IMG/VR virus record: IMGVR_UViG_3300042890_003727
Coordinates: 1-53,374 of that record
Length of the DNA stretch: 53,374 bases
Reading direction: 5' to 3' (one strand)
From: a virus
Taxonomy: Duplodnaviria > Caudoviricetes
The position numbers were made by a program, and so were the translations under genes. Shown here one piece after another: positions 18,023 to 27,216 of the stretch; positions within the stretch are counted from its first letter, which is position 1, and each line of letters starts with the position of its first letter. The notes beneath the pieces were generated by a model. That model saw nothing but the letters and a program-made list of their open reading frames with translations. It had not been told where the DNA came from and searched no databases.

Positions 18023-18418
18023 TCATTTTTTAACTTTCAAATCAGGGTTAAGCATGAACTCAAGTAAAAACATTGCGTTTACAGCCACTGCTGCTAGGTG
18101 AGGCATATTTGGTGAAGAACTATCTGCATCATATATTTCACCCTTCCTGTGAGCTTCTAGATGCCTGTAAAGAGCATCCAGATACCTTTGTTCAGCATTG
18201 GGTACTTTCTTCCAGTTATCTCTTTCCTTGTACTTCTTTAAACCAATTGTAAGATTTCTTGCGATTTCTTCCAAAGCGTATGAAGGTATCAGACTGTACT
18301 GCAGTTTATCCTCATCGTACTTTGTACCGGGAACTTGTCTTAAAATTCCTTCATCGTCTGCATTTGTTATAGAATAATTCTTAATATCTTCTGTTATTGA
18401 TCTATTAAAAGTAATCAT
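18023..18418 (-). CDS. dATP/dGTP diphosphohydrolase-like protein (DUF5664-like)
   Basis: G.KYD..K..YSLIP, G.KKY..DNW, ALYRH, HLA....NA.FL motifs. Confidence 0.8.
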   Translation of the reverse strand: MITFNRSITEDIKNYSITNADDEGILRQVPGTKYDEDKLQYSLIPSYALEEIARNLTIGLKKYKERDNWKKVPNAEQRYLDALYRHLEAHRKGEIYDADSSSPNMPHLAAVAVNAMFLLEFMLNPDLKVKK

Positions 18419-18421
18419 AAA

Positions 18422-18952
18422 TTAACTCCAGTTTTCTGATGAAAGATTAGAAATATCGAAATCTTTAAAACCCTCAATGTTAGGTAAACAATCTTTCAGG
18501 TCATTGCTTACGAAATTACTAGGTTTACGAATCTTATCGTTAGAATCTTTGATTACAAATACATCATATTCTGAATTATATGAAACTTTAACATCAATAT
18601 CTTGTTTGTCATACATTTCTGCAGTTTCAATAGCCAATGCTTCAGTAATAGGATATTTACTGTGATTATTTTCTGCAGTTGTTAGCATTGCTTTACTTAC
18701 ATCAAAACCTAAGTTTTTTAGTTTCTGCAGCATCCCTAAAGTAGTTACAAGAACATCAATAGTTCCATCTAGTACTTCTTCTAGATCATTCTTAGCTAAA
18801 CCTATACGAGTTTCCCTTAGTTCTTCTTCAATTAGATAATATTGCCTGCATAAGTCTTTGTGCGTAGTTTTTTCATCTTTTCCAGCAATGGAATTAAAAG
18901 CATCGCAATCTATTTGAAAATCAGCAATGTTATAGTCATCAACAATAATCAT
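18422..18952 (-). CDS. MazG-like NTP pyrophosphohydrolase
   Basis: LIEEE..E...EVLDG.ID motif, N.SK and KIRKP motifs. Confidence 0.75.
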   Translation of the reverse strand: MIIVDDYNIADFQIDCDAFNSIAGKDEKTTHKDLCRQYYLIEEELRETRIGLAKNDLEEVLDGTIDVLVTTLGMLQKLKNLGFDVSKAMLTTAENNHSKYPITEALAIETAEMYDKQDIDVKVSYNSEYDVFVIKDSNDKIRKPSNFVSNDLKDCLPNIEGFKDFDISNLSSENWS

Positions 18953-18975
18953 TATTCCTCCTTTTATTCACTAAC

Positions 18976-19005
18976 AAAAAAATCCCGAAGCACGAAGCCT
19001 CGGGA
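18976..19005 (-). terminator. intrinsic terminator
   Basis: TCCCGAGGC-TTCGT-GCTTCGGGA plus T-run on the minus strand. Confidence 0.8.
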
Positions 19006-19018
19006 GAATTATATCAAA

Positions 19019-19960
19019 TTATCGAGCAGTTACCAAGAGGTTGGCTCGTTTTTCTTTGCAATTTATTACATTCCTTGTTCGACTACGATGACCGCAATCA
19101 TTGCAAATGACTTCCATGAATTCAGACACTGGTGTAAACACTGAGTTACCTGTAGGATGAATCTCTGCACTACCGCATACAGGACAACGGTGAAGATCAT
19201 CCTCATGGTAATGACCTGCATTTGGTGGTCGAGTATCAAAGGCACGAAGCTTCATGTAAACTCTTTCAAGTAAAACTACATCTTGTTCATTGTAAGTAAC
19301 CATATTTTCCAAAGCTTGCTCATCACCTTGCATGCAACGAATCCACAAAGAGATTCCTGTTGTTTCAGCTTTACGACCTACGTTAAGATAGTTTCCTAAA
19401 GAGTCAAGTTTGTTGCTATTGAACCTTAGTCCTTTTGCAATCTGCAAAGTATCTAGTACCTTTACAGTTTTAGGTGGAGGCATTGAATGCGAGATTAACC
19501 TAGTTTTAAACAAAGGTACATCAAACCTTACTGCATTATGAGCTACTACAACATCTGCTTCTTCGAAAGCATCATACAGAGCGCATACGATCCTGCAGTC
19601 ATCACCACGGATTGCTTCTTCTGGAGTAAGTACAATCCTTGTAACTGATTTATCACCTAGATATTTCCAGCAAGCCGATAGTAAGAATCCACCTTCTCGT
19701 AGCACTGATTCTGTACCAATGTTTTGTTTCCATCGACCAAAGGTTGCAACAATACTTGGTGTGCTTTCAAGATCAAAGAATAGAATCCTTGCTCCTTCTT
19801 TCTTATCTTCAACAGTTACTTCTTCGTCATCAACTAGTCTGTTAATAATATCATTTACTGTTGACTTACCAATTCCCAAGAGACTGGCAATTGATCGACT
19901 AGATAAACCATCTGAGTTTAAGGTAATTACCTTTTCAATAACTTCTTGTGAGTGCTTCAT
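19019..19960 (-). CDS. HTH + RNase H-like (DnaQ/YprB-type) exonuclease + C-terminal Zn ribbon
   Basis: N-terminal SSRSIASLLGIGKSTV HTH; FDLES, HNAVRFD, YNEQD acidic motifs; CPVCG...CNDCG. Confidence 0.8.
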   Translation of the reverse strand: MKHSQEVIEKVITLNSDGLSSRSIASLLGIGKSTVNDIINRLVDDEEVTVEDKKEGARILFFDLESTPSIVATFGRWKQNIGTESVLREGGFLLSACWKYLGDKSVTRIVLTPEEAIRGDDCRIVCALYDAFEEADVVVAHNAVRFDVPLFKTRLISHSMPPPKTVKVLDTLQIAKGLRFNSNKLDSLGNYLNVGRKAETTGISLWIRCMQGDEQALENMVTYNEQDVVLLERVYMKLRAFDTRPPNAGHYHEDDLHRCPVCGSAEIHPTGNSVFTPVSEFMEVICNDCGHRSRTRNVINCKEKRANLLVTAR

Positions 19961-20142
19961 TCAATATTACCTTCCGTAACTTTACAATCGTCTTTATATA
20001 TCCAATTTAAAGAATTGAATACACCGTCTTTTTCTCTTGTCCAATAGGATTTATCGTCAATAAATTTCACAATAAACTCTTCACCGACATGTGCATTGTA
20101 CCACAGAATTTGGTCGCTGCACTTGATTACTTTAATTTTCAT
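19957..20142 (-). CDS. hypothetical protein
   Basis: AGGAG RBS; overlaps neighbours in operon fashion. Confidence 0.65.
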   Translation of the reverse strand: MKIKVIKCSDQILWYNAHVGEEFIVKFIDDKSYWTREKDGVFNSLNWIYKDDCKVTEGNIE

Positions 20143-20635
20143 TTCTTATTTCTCCTATGAAGTTGCGAAGTATATCATAACTGTAGTCTCTTGTCAAGAT
20201 TGCCTTTTGAAAAGACTTCTTTCTTTCCGATGCATTTTTAGCTGAAGCTATTTGCATTTTATTTAGCATTTTATCTTTGTCAGCTTCTTTCAGTTTATTG
20301 AACTCGGTGTTTATCTTTTTAATCCAACCATTGTGGTAAGGATTCTTGCTAAAGTCCTGTTCAAGATAATCCGCTAAGTTTCTAAGTATATCAGGTAAAG
20401 GTTTATCTGTTAACCACATCAAGCATCTTTTATAAGCATTGAAGCACAACCCTTCAAAGGCATTGGATTGCCTATGCAAAGCTGCTCTGCAATGCTGCGT
20501 AGTATGATCATGATCGCAAACAGAATCCTTTGGTAAAATCTTTTCTTTTAAAATCGGATCAATACCTTGTTGTTCTTGATATAACTTTTCTTTTTCTTTT
20601 TTAATATCAGCAGCAGTGTATAAACTTCTAGTCAT
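20132..20635 (-). CDS. recombination endonuclease VII-like
   Basis: DHDH...CRAALH..SN..EG His-Me motif; LRNLADYL. Confidence 0.8.
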   Translation of the reverse strand: MTRSLYTAADIKKEKEKLYQEQQGIDPILKEKILPKDSVCDHDHTTQHCRAALHRQSNAFEGLCFNAYKRCLMWLTDKPLPDILRNLADYLEQDFSKNPYHNGWIKKINTEFNKLKEADKDKMLNKMQIASAKNASERKKSFQKAILTRDYSYDILRNFIGEIRNEN

Positions 20636-20804
20636 TGGTTTTACTCTGCAGAATTAATGATTCCAAATAAGCTATCCTATCTGCTGCTTCTTCTAATAAA
20701 TCAGAAATCCTATCTGGTTTATTTTCTTGCACTGATTTACGATCTTTTATATTTCTTCTTATTTCGGATCTTTTTCTTAGTCTATAAATTAAGGATTCAT
20801 GCAT
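20628..20804 (-). CDS. small hypothetical protein (58 aa, not in ORF track)
   Basis: MHESLIYRLRKRSEIRRNIKDRKSVQENKPDRISDLLEEAADRIAYLE... fills the gap between exonuclease and endonuclease VII. Confidence 0.65.
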   Translation of the reverse strand: MHESLIYRLRKRSEIRRNIKDRKSVQENKPDRISDLLEEAADRIAYLESLILQSKTND

Positions 20805-21775
20805 TTGGCTGACAATCCTCTTGAGTTTAAAAAGTCCAGAATATTACTCTGATCATCTTTGCTTCGTTTCATGTAAGCGCATCGCCAATACAGATCAAGC
20901 ATTGTACTCCAATTGGCTTTGTTCTTTTTACCGTGGCAATCAAGATACCAGAACTCGTCAGGGTACAGGAGCTTGAATTCATTGAGCATGATATCCACTA
21001 CCTCTTGCTCTGTTTGAGCGCCTTCTAGAGCCTTCATAGCCTTTGCAGGACCGTACTTCACGCATGACAACTCATAACCACAATAAGTATCTGCAGCATC
21101 ACCTGCGAGTGCTTGAAACGCTAAGAACTTTAAACCATTACCTTTGATGGAAGTTTTCTGCTTTCGTAGCTCACCAACATCAGGTATAAGCTCAAGCTTC
21201 CAAACCTCTTGTGTCCAATCCAATATACTGACACCTTGACTTTGATAAGAATCCTTATCTACAGTTGCAATTATTGGTATGTTACCTTTTTCTAATTCTT
21301 CATAAGCTCTTATTGTAACAATGTCATCTGTTTCAATTTCTTTAACTAACTTAGCACCCCACTGCTTTGTAAGATACTTTCTTGAATCCTGTAAATGAAT
21401 GGGTTTGATTGAATCAGATCTATTGTTCTTGTAAGGACTTGGTAAAGGTAACTTATGTCTGAAAGTTTCACCTGAACCTAAATACAACTCAATGGAATCG
21501 CACCATGTAAACTCCTGAAGTTTTTCAATTGATCGCTTCATTGTAGCTAGAGCTAGACTAAATTCCTTTGGTGTCTGAACATCTTCAAAAGAATAATCCT
21601 CTGCTTTGTATTCAAAGCCTTTGCTCTTGAGTAAATTCTTAAGTTCAGTTCTGTTATCAAATTCTTTTTCTCTTCCTGATTTTAAATGCTTTACAATTAC
21701 TGTTCTTTTTTCTGCAGCAGCAGCATGTCTATAGGCAATTAAATCAGCATCAACTATTAATATCTTTTTTGCCAT
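20789..21775 (-). CDS. 5'-3' exonuclease (T7 gp6 / FEN-like)
   Basis: IVDAD, FR...YK.NR, ETDD, DKD, GD.AD acidic motifs; start MAKK at 21775 with AAGGA RBS. Confidence 0.85.
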   Translation of the reverse strand: MAKKILIVDADLIAYRHAAAAEKRTVIVKHLKSGREKEFDNRTELKNLLKSKGFEYKAEDYSFEDVQTPKEFSLALATMKRSIEKLQEFTWCDSIELYLGSGETFRHKLPLPSPYKNNRSDSIKPIHLQDSRKYLTKQWGAKLVKEIETDDIVTIRAYEELEKGNIPIIATVDKDSYQSQGVSILDWTQEVWKLELIPDVGELRKQKTSIKGNGLKFLAFQALAGDAADTYCGYELSCVKYGPAKAMKALEGAQTEQEVVDIMLNEFKLLYPDEFWYLDCHGKKNKANWSTMLDLYWRCAYMKRSKDDQSNILDFLNSRGLSAKCMNP

Positions 21776-21784
21776 ATTTTCCTT

Positions 21785-21817
21785 AAAAGAAAACCCGAAG
21801 GATTTCTCCCTCGGGTC
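21785..21817 (-). terminator. intrinsic terminator
   Basis: ACCCGAGGGA-GAAA-TCCTTCGGGT plus TTTCTTTT on the minus strand. Confidence 0.75.
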
Positions 21818-21822
21818 TTTGA

Positions 21823-22041
21823 TCAACTACGACTTACTTCAATTGCTTTGATAATCTCGTCTGATTTTTCTTTTAACTCATCTACCTTACCTTTTACAAT
21901 AGCTTTTGCTACTGCACTAATAATGCTTGCATCAAGATCACTTTCTTTTGCTTCGTCTTTAACTTCTTTAATTTCTTCAGCTAAAGACTGCTCCTGAGTA
22001 TATAGTCGAACGAGTTTTGCAATTGCTTCTTTTTGATTCAT
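21823..22041 (-). CDS. small dsDNA-binding protein (GapR/DUF2312 or T4 DsbA-like)
   Basis: L..E...L.EEIKEVKDEAK...LD...I pattern. Confidence 0.55.
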   Translation of the reverse strand: MNQKEAIAKLVRLYTQEQSLAEEIKEVKDEAKESDLDASIISAVAKAIVKGKVDELKEKSDEIIKAIEVSRS

Positions 22042-22042
22042 T

Positions 22043-22252
22043 TTAATCCTTTTTATTAATAACTGATTTACTCAACCATGTGGCATTAAGCACAATAACT
22101 GCTAACCAATTCCAAAAATTATAAGGAATTGCAAGCACTGGAAAGAGAGAATTTAAAGCCCACAGAATTGCTAGTGGTCCAAAAATAAAGATTAAAACAC
22201 AAATTGTTATTAAAAACAAGATGCTGATAATATCTGTTGTACTTTTAGTCAT
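22043..22252 (-). CDS. small membrane protein
   Basis: Two hydrophobic segments; IWALN.LFP.L.IPY.FW.W. Confidence 0.6.
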   Translation of the reverse strand: MTKSTTDIISILFLITICVLIFIFGPLAILWALNSLFPVLAIPYNFWNWLAVIVLNATWLSKSVINKKD

Positions 22253-22275
22253 AATTGTGTTTGGTTTCCTTGATT

Positions 22276-22878
22276 TCAAAATGGCACATCCTCTTCTTCA
22301 TCTAACTGCACCTTTGCCTTTGCTTTAGGTTTAGCTTTCGCTTCAGTTTTAGCAGCAGGTGCCGCAGAACCAAATTCTTCACCGGGATTGTACTTGCTAC
22401 CACTACCTTCAGTTTTAACGTATTCAACTAAGTCAGTAATTAGAATGTTTTTAAGTCGAGCAACATTTCCTTTTGCCATTTCCCAAACATCAACACTCAT
22501 TGCACCTTTTGAACCATTACCAACTAGCACCGTAGAAGTAACATCCTTATGTTCACCATCTTCAGGTACAAGGATTTTTGGTTGATAGATATCAGGAACA
22601 TCTTCACCGTTACCCAGCTTTGTGTTTTTACGAAGAGTAATAACGTATTGTTTTTTAGCACTTGGGTTTGGTGCTGGTGTTTTATACTTTGCTTCAAATT
22701 CAGAAGTTTTTACTGCAGTCGCAGGTTGTTTAGGGTAGTCTTCATTCCAAGCATCTGCTGTATCTTCATCCACAGCAATAGACGCTTTCCATTCCTTACC
22801 TTTAGTTTTTTCAAAGCAGTCAACGGGGTTTTGAACTTGTACAAAAAGTAAAGTTCCTTCAAGTTTGCGAATAGGCAT
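22276..22878 (-). CDS. single-stranded DNA-binding protein (T7 gp2.5-like)
   Basis: VGNGS motif, acidic tail ending DEEEDVPF; GGAGG RBS before MPIRK. Confidence 0.75.
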   Translation of the reverse strand: MPIRKLEGTLLFVQVQNPVDCFEKTKGKEWKASIAVDEDTADAWNEDYPKQPATAVKTSEFEAKYKTPAPNPSAKKQYVITLRKNTKLGNGEDVPDIYQPKILVPEDGEHKDVTSTVLVGNGSKGAMSVDVWEMAKGNVARLKNILITDLVEYVKTEGSGSKYNPGEEFGSAAPAAKTEAKAKPKAKAKVQLDEEEDVPF

Positions 22879-22939
22879 AATTTCCTCCAAAAGTGTTTCC
22901 AAAAGTTTACTACTTAACACAAGTAGCCAGTGTTTAATG

Positions 22940-22968
22940 ATTATACAACAGATTGACTTTCATGTCAA
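22940..22968 (-). promoter_or_regulatory. consensus sigma70 promoter for SSB, with an inverted repeat over the -35
   Basis: TTGACA-17-TATAAT; ATTGAC-ATGAAA-GTCAAT palindrome at 22952-22969. Confidence 0.85.
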
Positions 22969-22978
22969 TAGTTATTTG

Positions 22979-23055
22979 TGGTGAAATCGACAGGACTTGA
23001 ACCTGTAACCAATGGATTATGAGTCCACTGCTCTAACCAATTGAGCTACAATTCC
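22979..23055 (-). tRNA. tRNA with CAT anticodon (elongator Met or Ile2)
   Basis: GGAATTG..TAGCTCAATTGGTTAGAGC, anticodon arm GTGGA-CTCATAA-TCCAT, GGTTCAAGTCC T-loop, encoded CCA. Confidence 0.92.
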
Positions 23056-23059
23056 TTAT

Positions 23060-23416
23060 TTATACTTCAACGTATTCAGTCCTTAATACTTCTTTTGGTT
23101 TTACAAAAAACCAATCGGTGTATTCAGAACCATTATATGATTGATACCAACCATTGAATTTAACATAAAGAAAATTAGATTCTTCAGCGCCTGTGAATTT
23201 ATAAACTGACCAGTATTGATCACCCATACCTTCACCACCAAAGCATTCTGTGTGTTCAAATGCAATATTATTTTCACGCAGTTTATTTTTAAATTCAATT
23301 ACTTCTTCACTATCCCATTTACTATCTTCATTTCCAATCTCTGAACCAAAAAATTGATTTAAGATATCAGAATCTGCGTTTGATAGAAGTTCTTTGATTT
23401 TATCTTTTAACATCAT
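23060..23416 (-). CDS. hypothetical protein
   Basis: AAGGA RBS; C-terminus resembles that of the next ORF. Confidence 0.7.
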   Translation of the reverse strand: MMLKDKIKELLSNADSDILNQFFGSEIGNEDSKWDSEEVIEFKNKLRENNIAFEHTECFGGEGMGDQYWSVYKFTGAEESNFLYVKFNGWYQSYNGSEYTDWFFVKPKEVLRTEYVEV

Positions 23417-23427
23417 TTGTATTTCCT

Positions 23428-23943
23428 TTAAATTGAATAGTTTTTAAATGTCTGGCAAGTAACTTGCAGCATTCTAACAAAATGCCAATGAGAAAATTCC
23501 GTATTATTATAAGACGAATAATTGCAATTAATACGAATATAACCACCGGATTGATAATTGCTCAAATCTTTTACAGCAAGAACTACATAAGTAGGATAAT
23601 CACTAAGATCACATATTGCAACAATATTATCATTATAAGTGCTGTTATGAAAATCATTATCAAAAGAAGCAGAGTTGTACTCTACTTTAAAATCATAACT
23701 TTCTAAGTATTCATTCATATCATAAATAAAATCCGTATCTACTTTATGCCCTGTTACATGTTTGGCAAATGTTTCGTGATTTTCTTTGACGTACTTGTCA
23801 AAAACAAGCTTAAATCTTTGTTCCCAAACAAGTTTTTTCTGCAGTTCTTTAATTTTTTCTTCTGATTCTTTTCTAATCTTTTCAATCTCTTGTTCAACTG
23901 TCATTTGCAATTGAATTGCTGGAGCTTTAGCTTTAGTTACCAT
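23428..23943 (-). CDS. hypothetical protein (N-terminal coiled coil)
   Basis: AAGGA RBS; C-terminal YSSYN.TEF..W.FV like 23060..23416. Confidence 0.7.
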   Translation of the reverse strand: MVTKAKAPAIQLQMTVEQEIEKIRKESEEKIKELQKKLVWEQRFKLVFDKYVKENHETFAKHVTGHKVDTDFIYDMNEYLESYDFKVEYNSASFDNDFHNSTYNDNIVAICDLSDYPTYVVLAVKDLSNYQSGGYIRINCNYSSYNNTEFSHWHFVRMLQVTCQTFKNYSI

Positions 23944-24742
23944 TGTTTAGTTCCTTTCTTATGTTTTCAAACTTTGTCTTGCAAAATAATTCATTTACTT
24001 CTGGATAATAATCAATTGCATGATCTCTAAACCAACCGCTGCAAAGAGTAGTGCAGATTTTATCAATTGCCTTAAGATATGAATGCCTTACTGAATACTC
24101 CCAATTCCTTGGAACTAAGAATCTTTCAATTGCAATAACACTTGCTTCTTCAGCAACGCATTTAGTTTTATCTTCCAATGATAACTTATCCCAAAGATCG
24201 CGTTCGCACCATGCTTTACTCGGATCACTCTGAAGGCGAGTATACAATGGTTTGTCATAGTAAGCAACAATCTCATGCAAATAATCATGATCGTATTTTT
24301 TAACAACATAATCATCAAAGAAATCCTGCACGGATTTATTTAGCTTTGGATAACCTTGTGGAAATTCTTTCATGGTTAACTCAATGCGCTTTTGTAAAAA
24401 GGCTTCGATTTCATCATTATAATTTTGTCTCTTATAAGGAATCATTTGCCTGTGATAATGCGTAATGTGCTTTTGAAAGCTAATGTTTCTCCACAAGTGA
24501 CTTCGCTTAACTGCAGATAAGCCCCAAGGGTTTACAACATGCAGTTCAATACCTTTGAAATCAATTACGCAATCATCTCTTGTAAATCTTTCAAGATCAG
24601 CATTGTTCAATAAACAGGGTCTATGCCACTCAGCACCTTCAATTGGTTCTGTGCTAATAATATCCCAATCTGTATTGCTTGAAATTTTCATTTTAGAATT
24701 CCAGAAATTAAGTGCCCTAGAACCAATTAGCATTGCTTTCAT
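23933..24742 (-). CDS. putative nucleotidyltransferase-fold protein
   Basis: N-terminal LIGSRAL...DWDI (GS + DxD of Pol-beta-type NTases); HDYLHE in C-terminal half; start after the tRNA with AGGAG RBS. Confidence 0.55.
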   Translation of the reverse strand: MKAMLIGSRALNFWNSKMKISSNTDWDIISTEPIEGAEWHRPCLLNNADLERFTRDDCVIDFKGIELHVVNPWGLSAVKRSHLWRNISFQKHITHYHRQMIPYKRQNYNDEIEAFLQKRIELTMKEFPQGYPKLNKSVQDFFDDYVVKKYDHDYLHEIVAYYDKPLYTRLQSDPSKAWCERDLWDKLSLEDKTKCVAEEASVIAIERFLVPRNWEYSVRHSYLKAIDKICTTLCSGWFRDHAIDYYPEVNELFCKTKFENIRKELNNGN

Positions 24743-24761
24743 TATTACTCCTGATTTAAAC

Positions 24762-24838
24762 TGGTGCGCCCTGAGAGATTCGAACTCCCGACATGCGGTG
24801 TAGAAGACCGCTGCTCTATCCAACTGAGCTAAGGGCGC
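24762..24838 (-). tRNA. tRNA-Arg (TCT)
   Basis: GCGCCCT acceptor stem, GCGGT-CTTCTAC-ACCGC anticodon arm, GTTCGAATC T-loop, CCA end. Confidence 0.95.
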
Positions 24839-24846
24839 ATGCATGA

Positions 24847-24876
24847 ATTATACATCGGATTCTTCGTTCTGATCAA
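24847..24876 (-). promoter_or_regulatory. promoter upstream of tRNA-Arg
   Basis: TTGATC-18-TATAAT ending 8 bp before the tRNA 5' end. Confidence 0.55.
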
Positions 24877-25015
24877 CTTTTCTCAAAATATTTTCTTTTA
24901 TGTCCAGCCAAGCCAACAAGTTCAGATCACTCTTTGGCATGCTCATGCTGGATCTTAGCACACCTTCATCCCATTGTTGTAAAGTTTTGTATTCATCGCA
25001 GTATTTGTAATGCAT
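24848..25015 (-). CDS. small hypothetical protein (55 aa, not in ORF track)
   Basis: MHYKYCDEYKTLQQWDEG... with AAAGGTG RBS. Confidence 0.5.
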   Translation of the reverse strand: MHYKYCDEYKTLQQWDEGVLRSSMSMPKSDLNLLAWLDIKENILRKVDQNEESDV

Positions 25016-25029
25016 AGCACCTTTCGTTG

Positions 25030-27207
25030 TCAGCGGATCACAAGCTTCTCGGCTTCTTGCACGTAGTACTCAAAGTCAAGGTCTGAATCAAAGTCCTTCA
25101 TGTTGTTGCATGTTTTGACTTTCCATGATGTATCAATACCAAGCCTTCTATCTGAGTCGTCTTCATTTGTTTCCAATGCTGGCATGAGCTTTATCAGCTT
25201 GCCACCAGATGCTGAAGGGTAATACCTGCAGATGTTTTGCTGCTGGATTACTCTACCATCTTCGAATTCTAGCACAAGTTTTGAACTACGTGGAACTTTT
25301 GTTCTTAGCATGAAGTCAAAGATGTTTCCTGCATTGAAGTGCTGCTCAATAAACTGCCTTGTGCTTATGCCAGTGGTCATGCTAGCTTCTGCTGCCATAG
25401 GAATGACAAGTGCTGATTGATTTTGATGCCAACCTAAACCCTCGTACTGATAAGCTCCTTTGCGTTTAGTCTTTCCATTTGTATAAACAGCAATGTAATT
25501 ATTTACATCACGAATAATCATCTTGGAATAATCAACGAATTCAAGTTCTAGCTTTACATCTTTTTGCCACTGATCACAAATATCTTTGTACTGCTGTTCG
25601 CTTTCTCTGAGCATTGCAACTGTCAATCCATCTGTATTTAATTGCACAAGCCTAAGTGACTCAATACTTAGCAAGCGATCTGCAAGCATCAACAAAGACA
25701 ACTGACCATTGATAGTGATCGACATTGTGAACTTAGGATCATAGAACACAGAGAACTTATCATTGCTCTTGCCATAAGTGCCATTGAGTGCAAGTTTAAG
25801 CATTGCATTTTCTGCAGTATTCTTAGCGTAGGACTTTCGCTGCACGTACATATCTTGATAAATATCACAGAACTTTTCACCAAGATGCTCAGGATAAATC
25901 CTGTTTGAAATAGCAATATTTGGATACATAGAACTTACGTCAGCATCCCTGAGCATGTAGCTCTTTGTTTCCTTAACGATCTTTTCACTCAAGGATGCAT
26001 GCACACCACCTACTCCAAAATCAATCCTATAGCCATCTACAAGCACGTTTAGAGTCTCGGCATACCTGTAGCAACCCCAATAGGATTTCTTCGGTATACG
26101 GGCTTTCTTTTGCTTCTTTGTGAAGTCAGGTGATCCGTCTTCATCAAGAGGGTATTCCATTACATGATTACCTTGTGCATCAAACAAGTACTCAGTAGCT
26201 TTTAGCTCTTGTTCTTCAACCCATCCTAGAGGATACTGCTTGAGAAATAACTTAAGCTCTGCGTCATCTGGTTTGCTTTTAAACTTCTTTCGTTTAATAT
26301 CAAGCTGAGCGTACTTAGCTACATTACCAAGTCTGTGCTCTTCAATCTCGGAGAAAACACCTTTTGTTTCAGTAATTACTTGCTCACCAAACCATTCATA
26401 GATTGCTTGAAACTCAGGTCTTGTAAAGCTGTAGTAATTAAACAAGCAGTCTTTAATCGCAATGCTATCTCGCTTGGTTTGCTTAATAACTTTTTTACCA
26501 TCTTTGTGAGTATGTAAAGCAACACCTGCTTTTTCTAGCTCAATTTGAAAATACTCAGCACCAATCTTAGTATCATCAGCGTTAGTAAAGTCCTTGTCTA
26601 GTTTCTTGCTTAGATCATCCCTGAAAGAAATCTGATTTTCTGATTCGTTATAAAAAGCAAGAGTGCAAGCAACATCATGCTCGTTGTAGGATTTAATCCT
26701 ATCAAGCTTTTCATCATCAAGTTGTTCTTCAATATCATAAGGAAGATCTTCAATATTGTCCAGGCGCATATTAAACTCAAGCATCTTCAAACCAGTGGCT
26801 TTTGCTTTGTTATTAAAATGCCAGATGCGATAAAGGTCAACTTGCTTTATGTACTCATCTGCAGTTTTTACTGTATAGCCAAAACCATCGTTTTTAAAAC
26901 TATCAATCTGCCTTTGTGCCCATTGAAATACTTTAGCAGCCAGAGCTTTACCTGTCTTTGGTAAAACATCTCGGTTTTCAATAAGCTTGTGAATGATGGG
27001 ATAGTCAAACCCACAGGAGTTAAAACCCACAAGGCGATGATCATTTTCATGAAGATAGTCAAGGCATGCCAAGATGCGATCTACTTCATTGATGCGGCTG
27101 GAAACCTCAAAAGTCTTCTTGAACTTAGCATCTGCACGGATGATGCTGAAGGTAAACGCATGCTTGTATGTCTCAATGTCCCAAATCCAGTCTTTTGTTC
27201 GATCCAT
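25030..27207 (-). CDS. DNA polymerase, family B
   Basis: Exo motifs WDIETY, GFN..FD, YN.HD; pol motifs DVSSMYP, KLALNGTYGK, NTDG; GGAGG RBS before MDRTK. Confidence 0.93.
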   Translation of the reverse strand: MDRTKDWIWDIETYKHAFTFSIIRADAKFKKTFEVSSRINEVDRILACLDYLHENDHRLVGFNSCGFDYPIIHKLIENRDVLPKTGKALAAKVFQWAQRQIDSFKNDGFGYTVKTADEYIKQVDLYRIWHFNNKAKATGLKMLEFNMRLDNIEDLPYDIEEQLDDEKLDRIKSYNEHDVACTLAFYNESENQISFRDDLSKKLDKDFTNADDTKIGAEYFQIELEKAGVALHTHKDGKKVIKQTKRDSIAIKDCLFNYYSFTRPEFQAIYEWFGEQVITETKGVFSEIEEHRLGNVAKYAQLDIKRKKFKSKPDDAELKLFLKQYPLGWVEEQELKATEYLFDAQGNHVMEYPLDEDGSPDFTKKQKKARIPKKSYWGCYRYAETLNVLVDGYRIDFGVGGVHASLSEKIVKETKSYMLRDADVSSMYPNIAISNRIYPEHLGEKFCDIYQDMYVQRKSYAKNTAENAMLKLALNGTYGKSNDKFSVFYDPKFTMSITINGQLSLLMLADRLLSIESLRLVQLNTDGLTVAMLRESEQQYKDICDQWQKDVKLELEFVDYSKMIIRDVNNYIAVYTNGKTKRKGAYQYEGLGWHQNQSALVIPMAAEASMTTGISTRQFIEQHFNAGNIFDFMLRTKVPRSSKLVLEFEDGRVIQQQNICRYYPSASGGKLIKLMPALETNEDDSDRRLGIDTSWKVKTCNNMKDFDSDLDFEYYVQEAEKLVIR

Positions 27208-27216
27208 GCTTTCCTC

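Noticed and set aside
18023-18952. 2-aminoadenine (Z) or 7-deazaguanine DNA modification system
   Set aside because: No PurZ, DatZ, DpdA or Que-pathway gene is recognisable in this window.
24743-24844. N-terminal extension of ORF 23933..24844
   Set aside because: It overlaps tRNA-Arg; the real start with RBS is at 24742.
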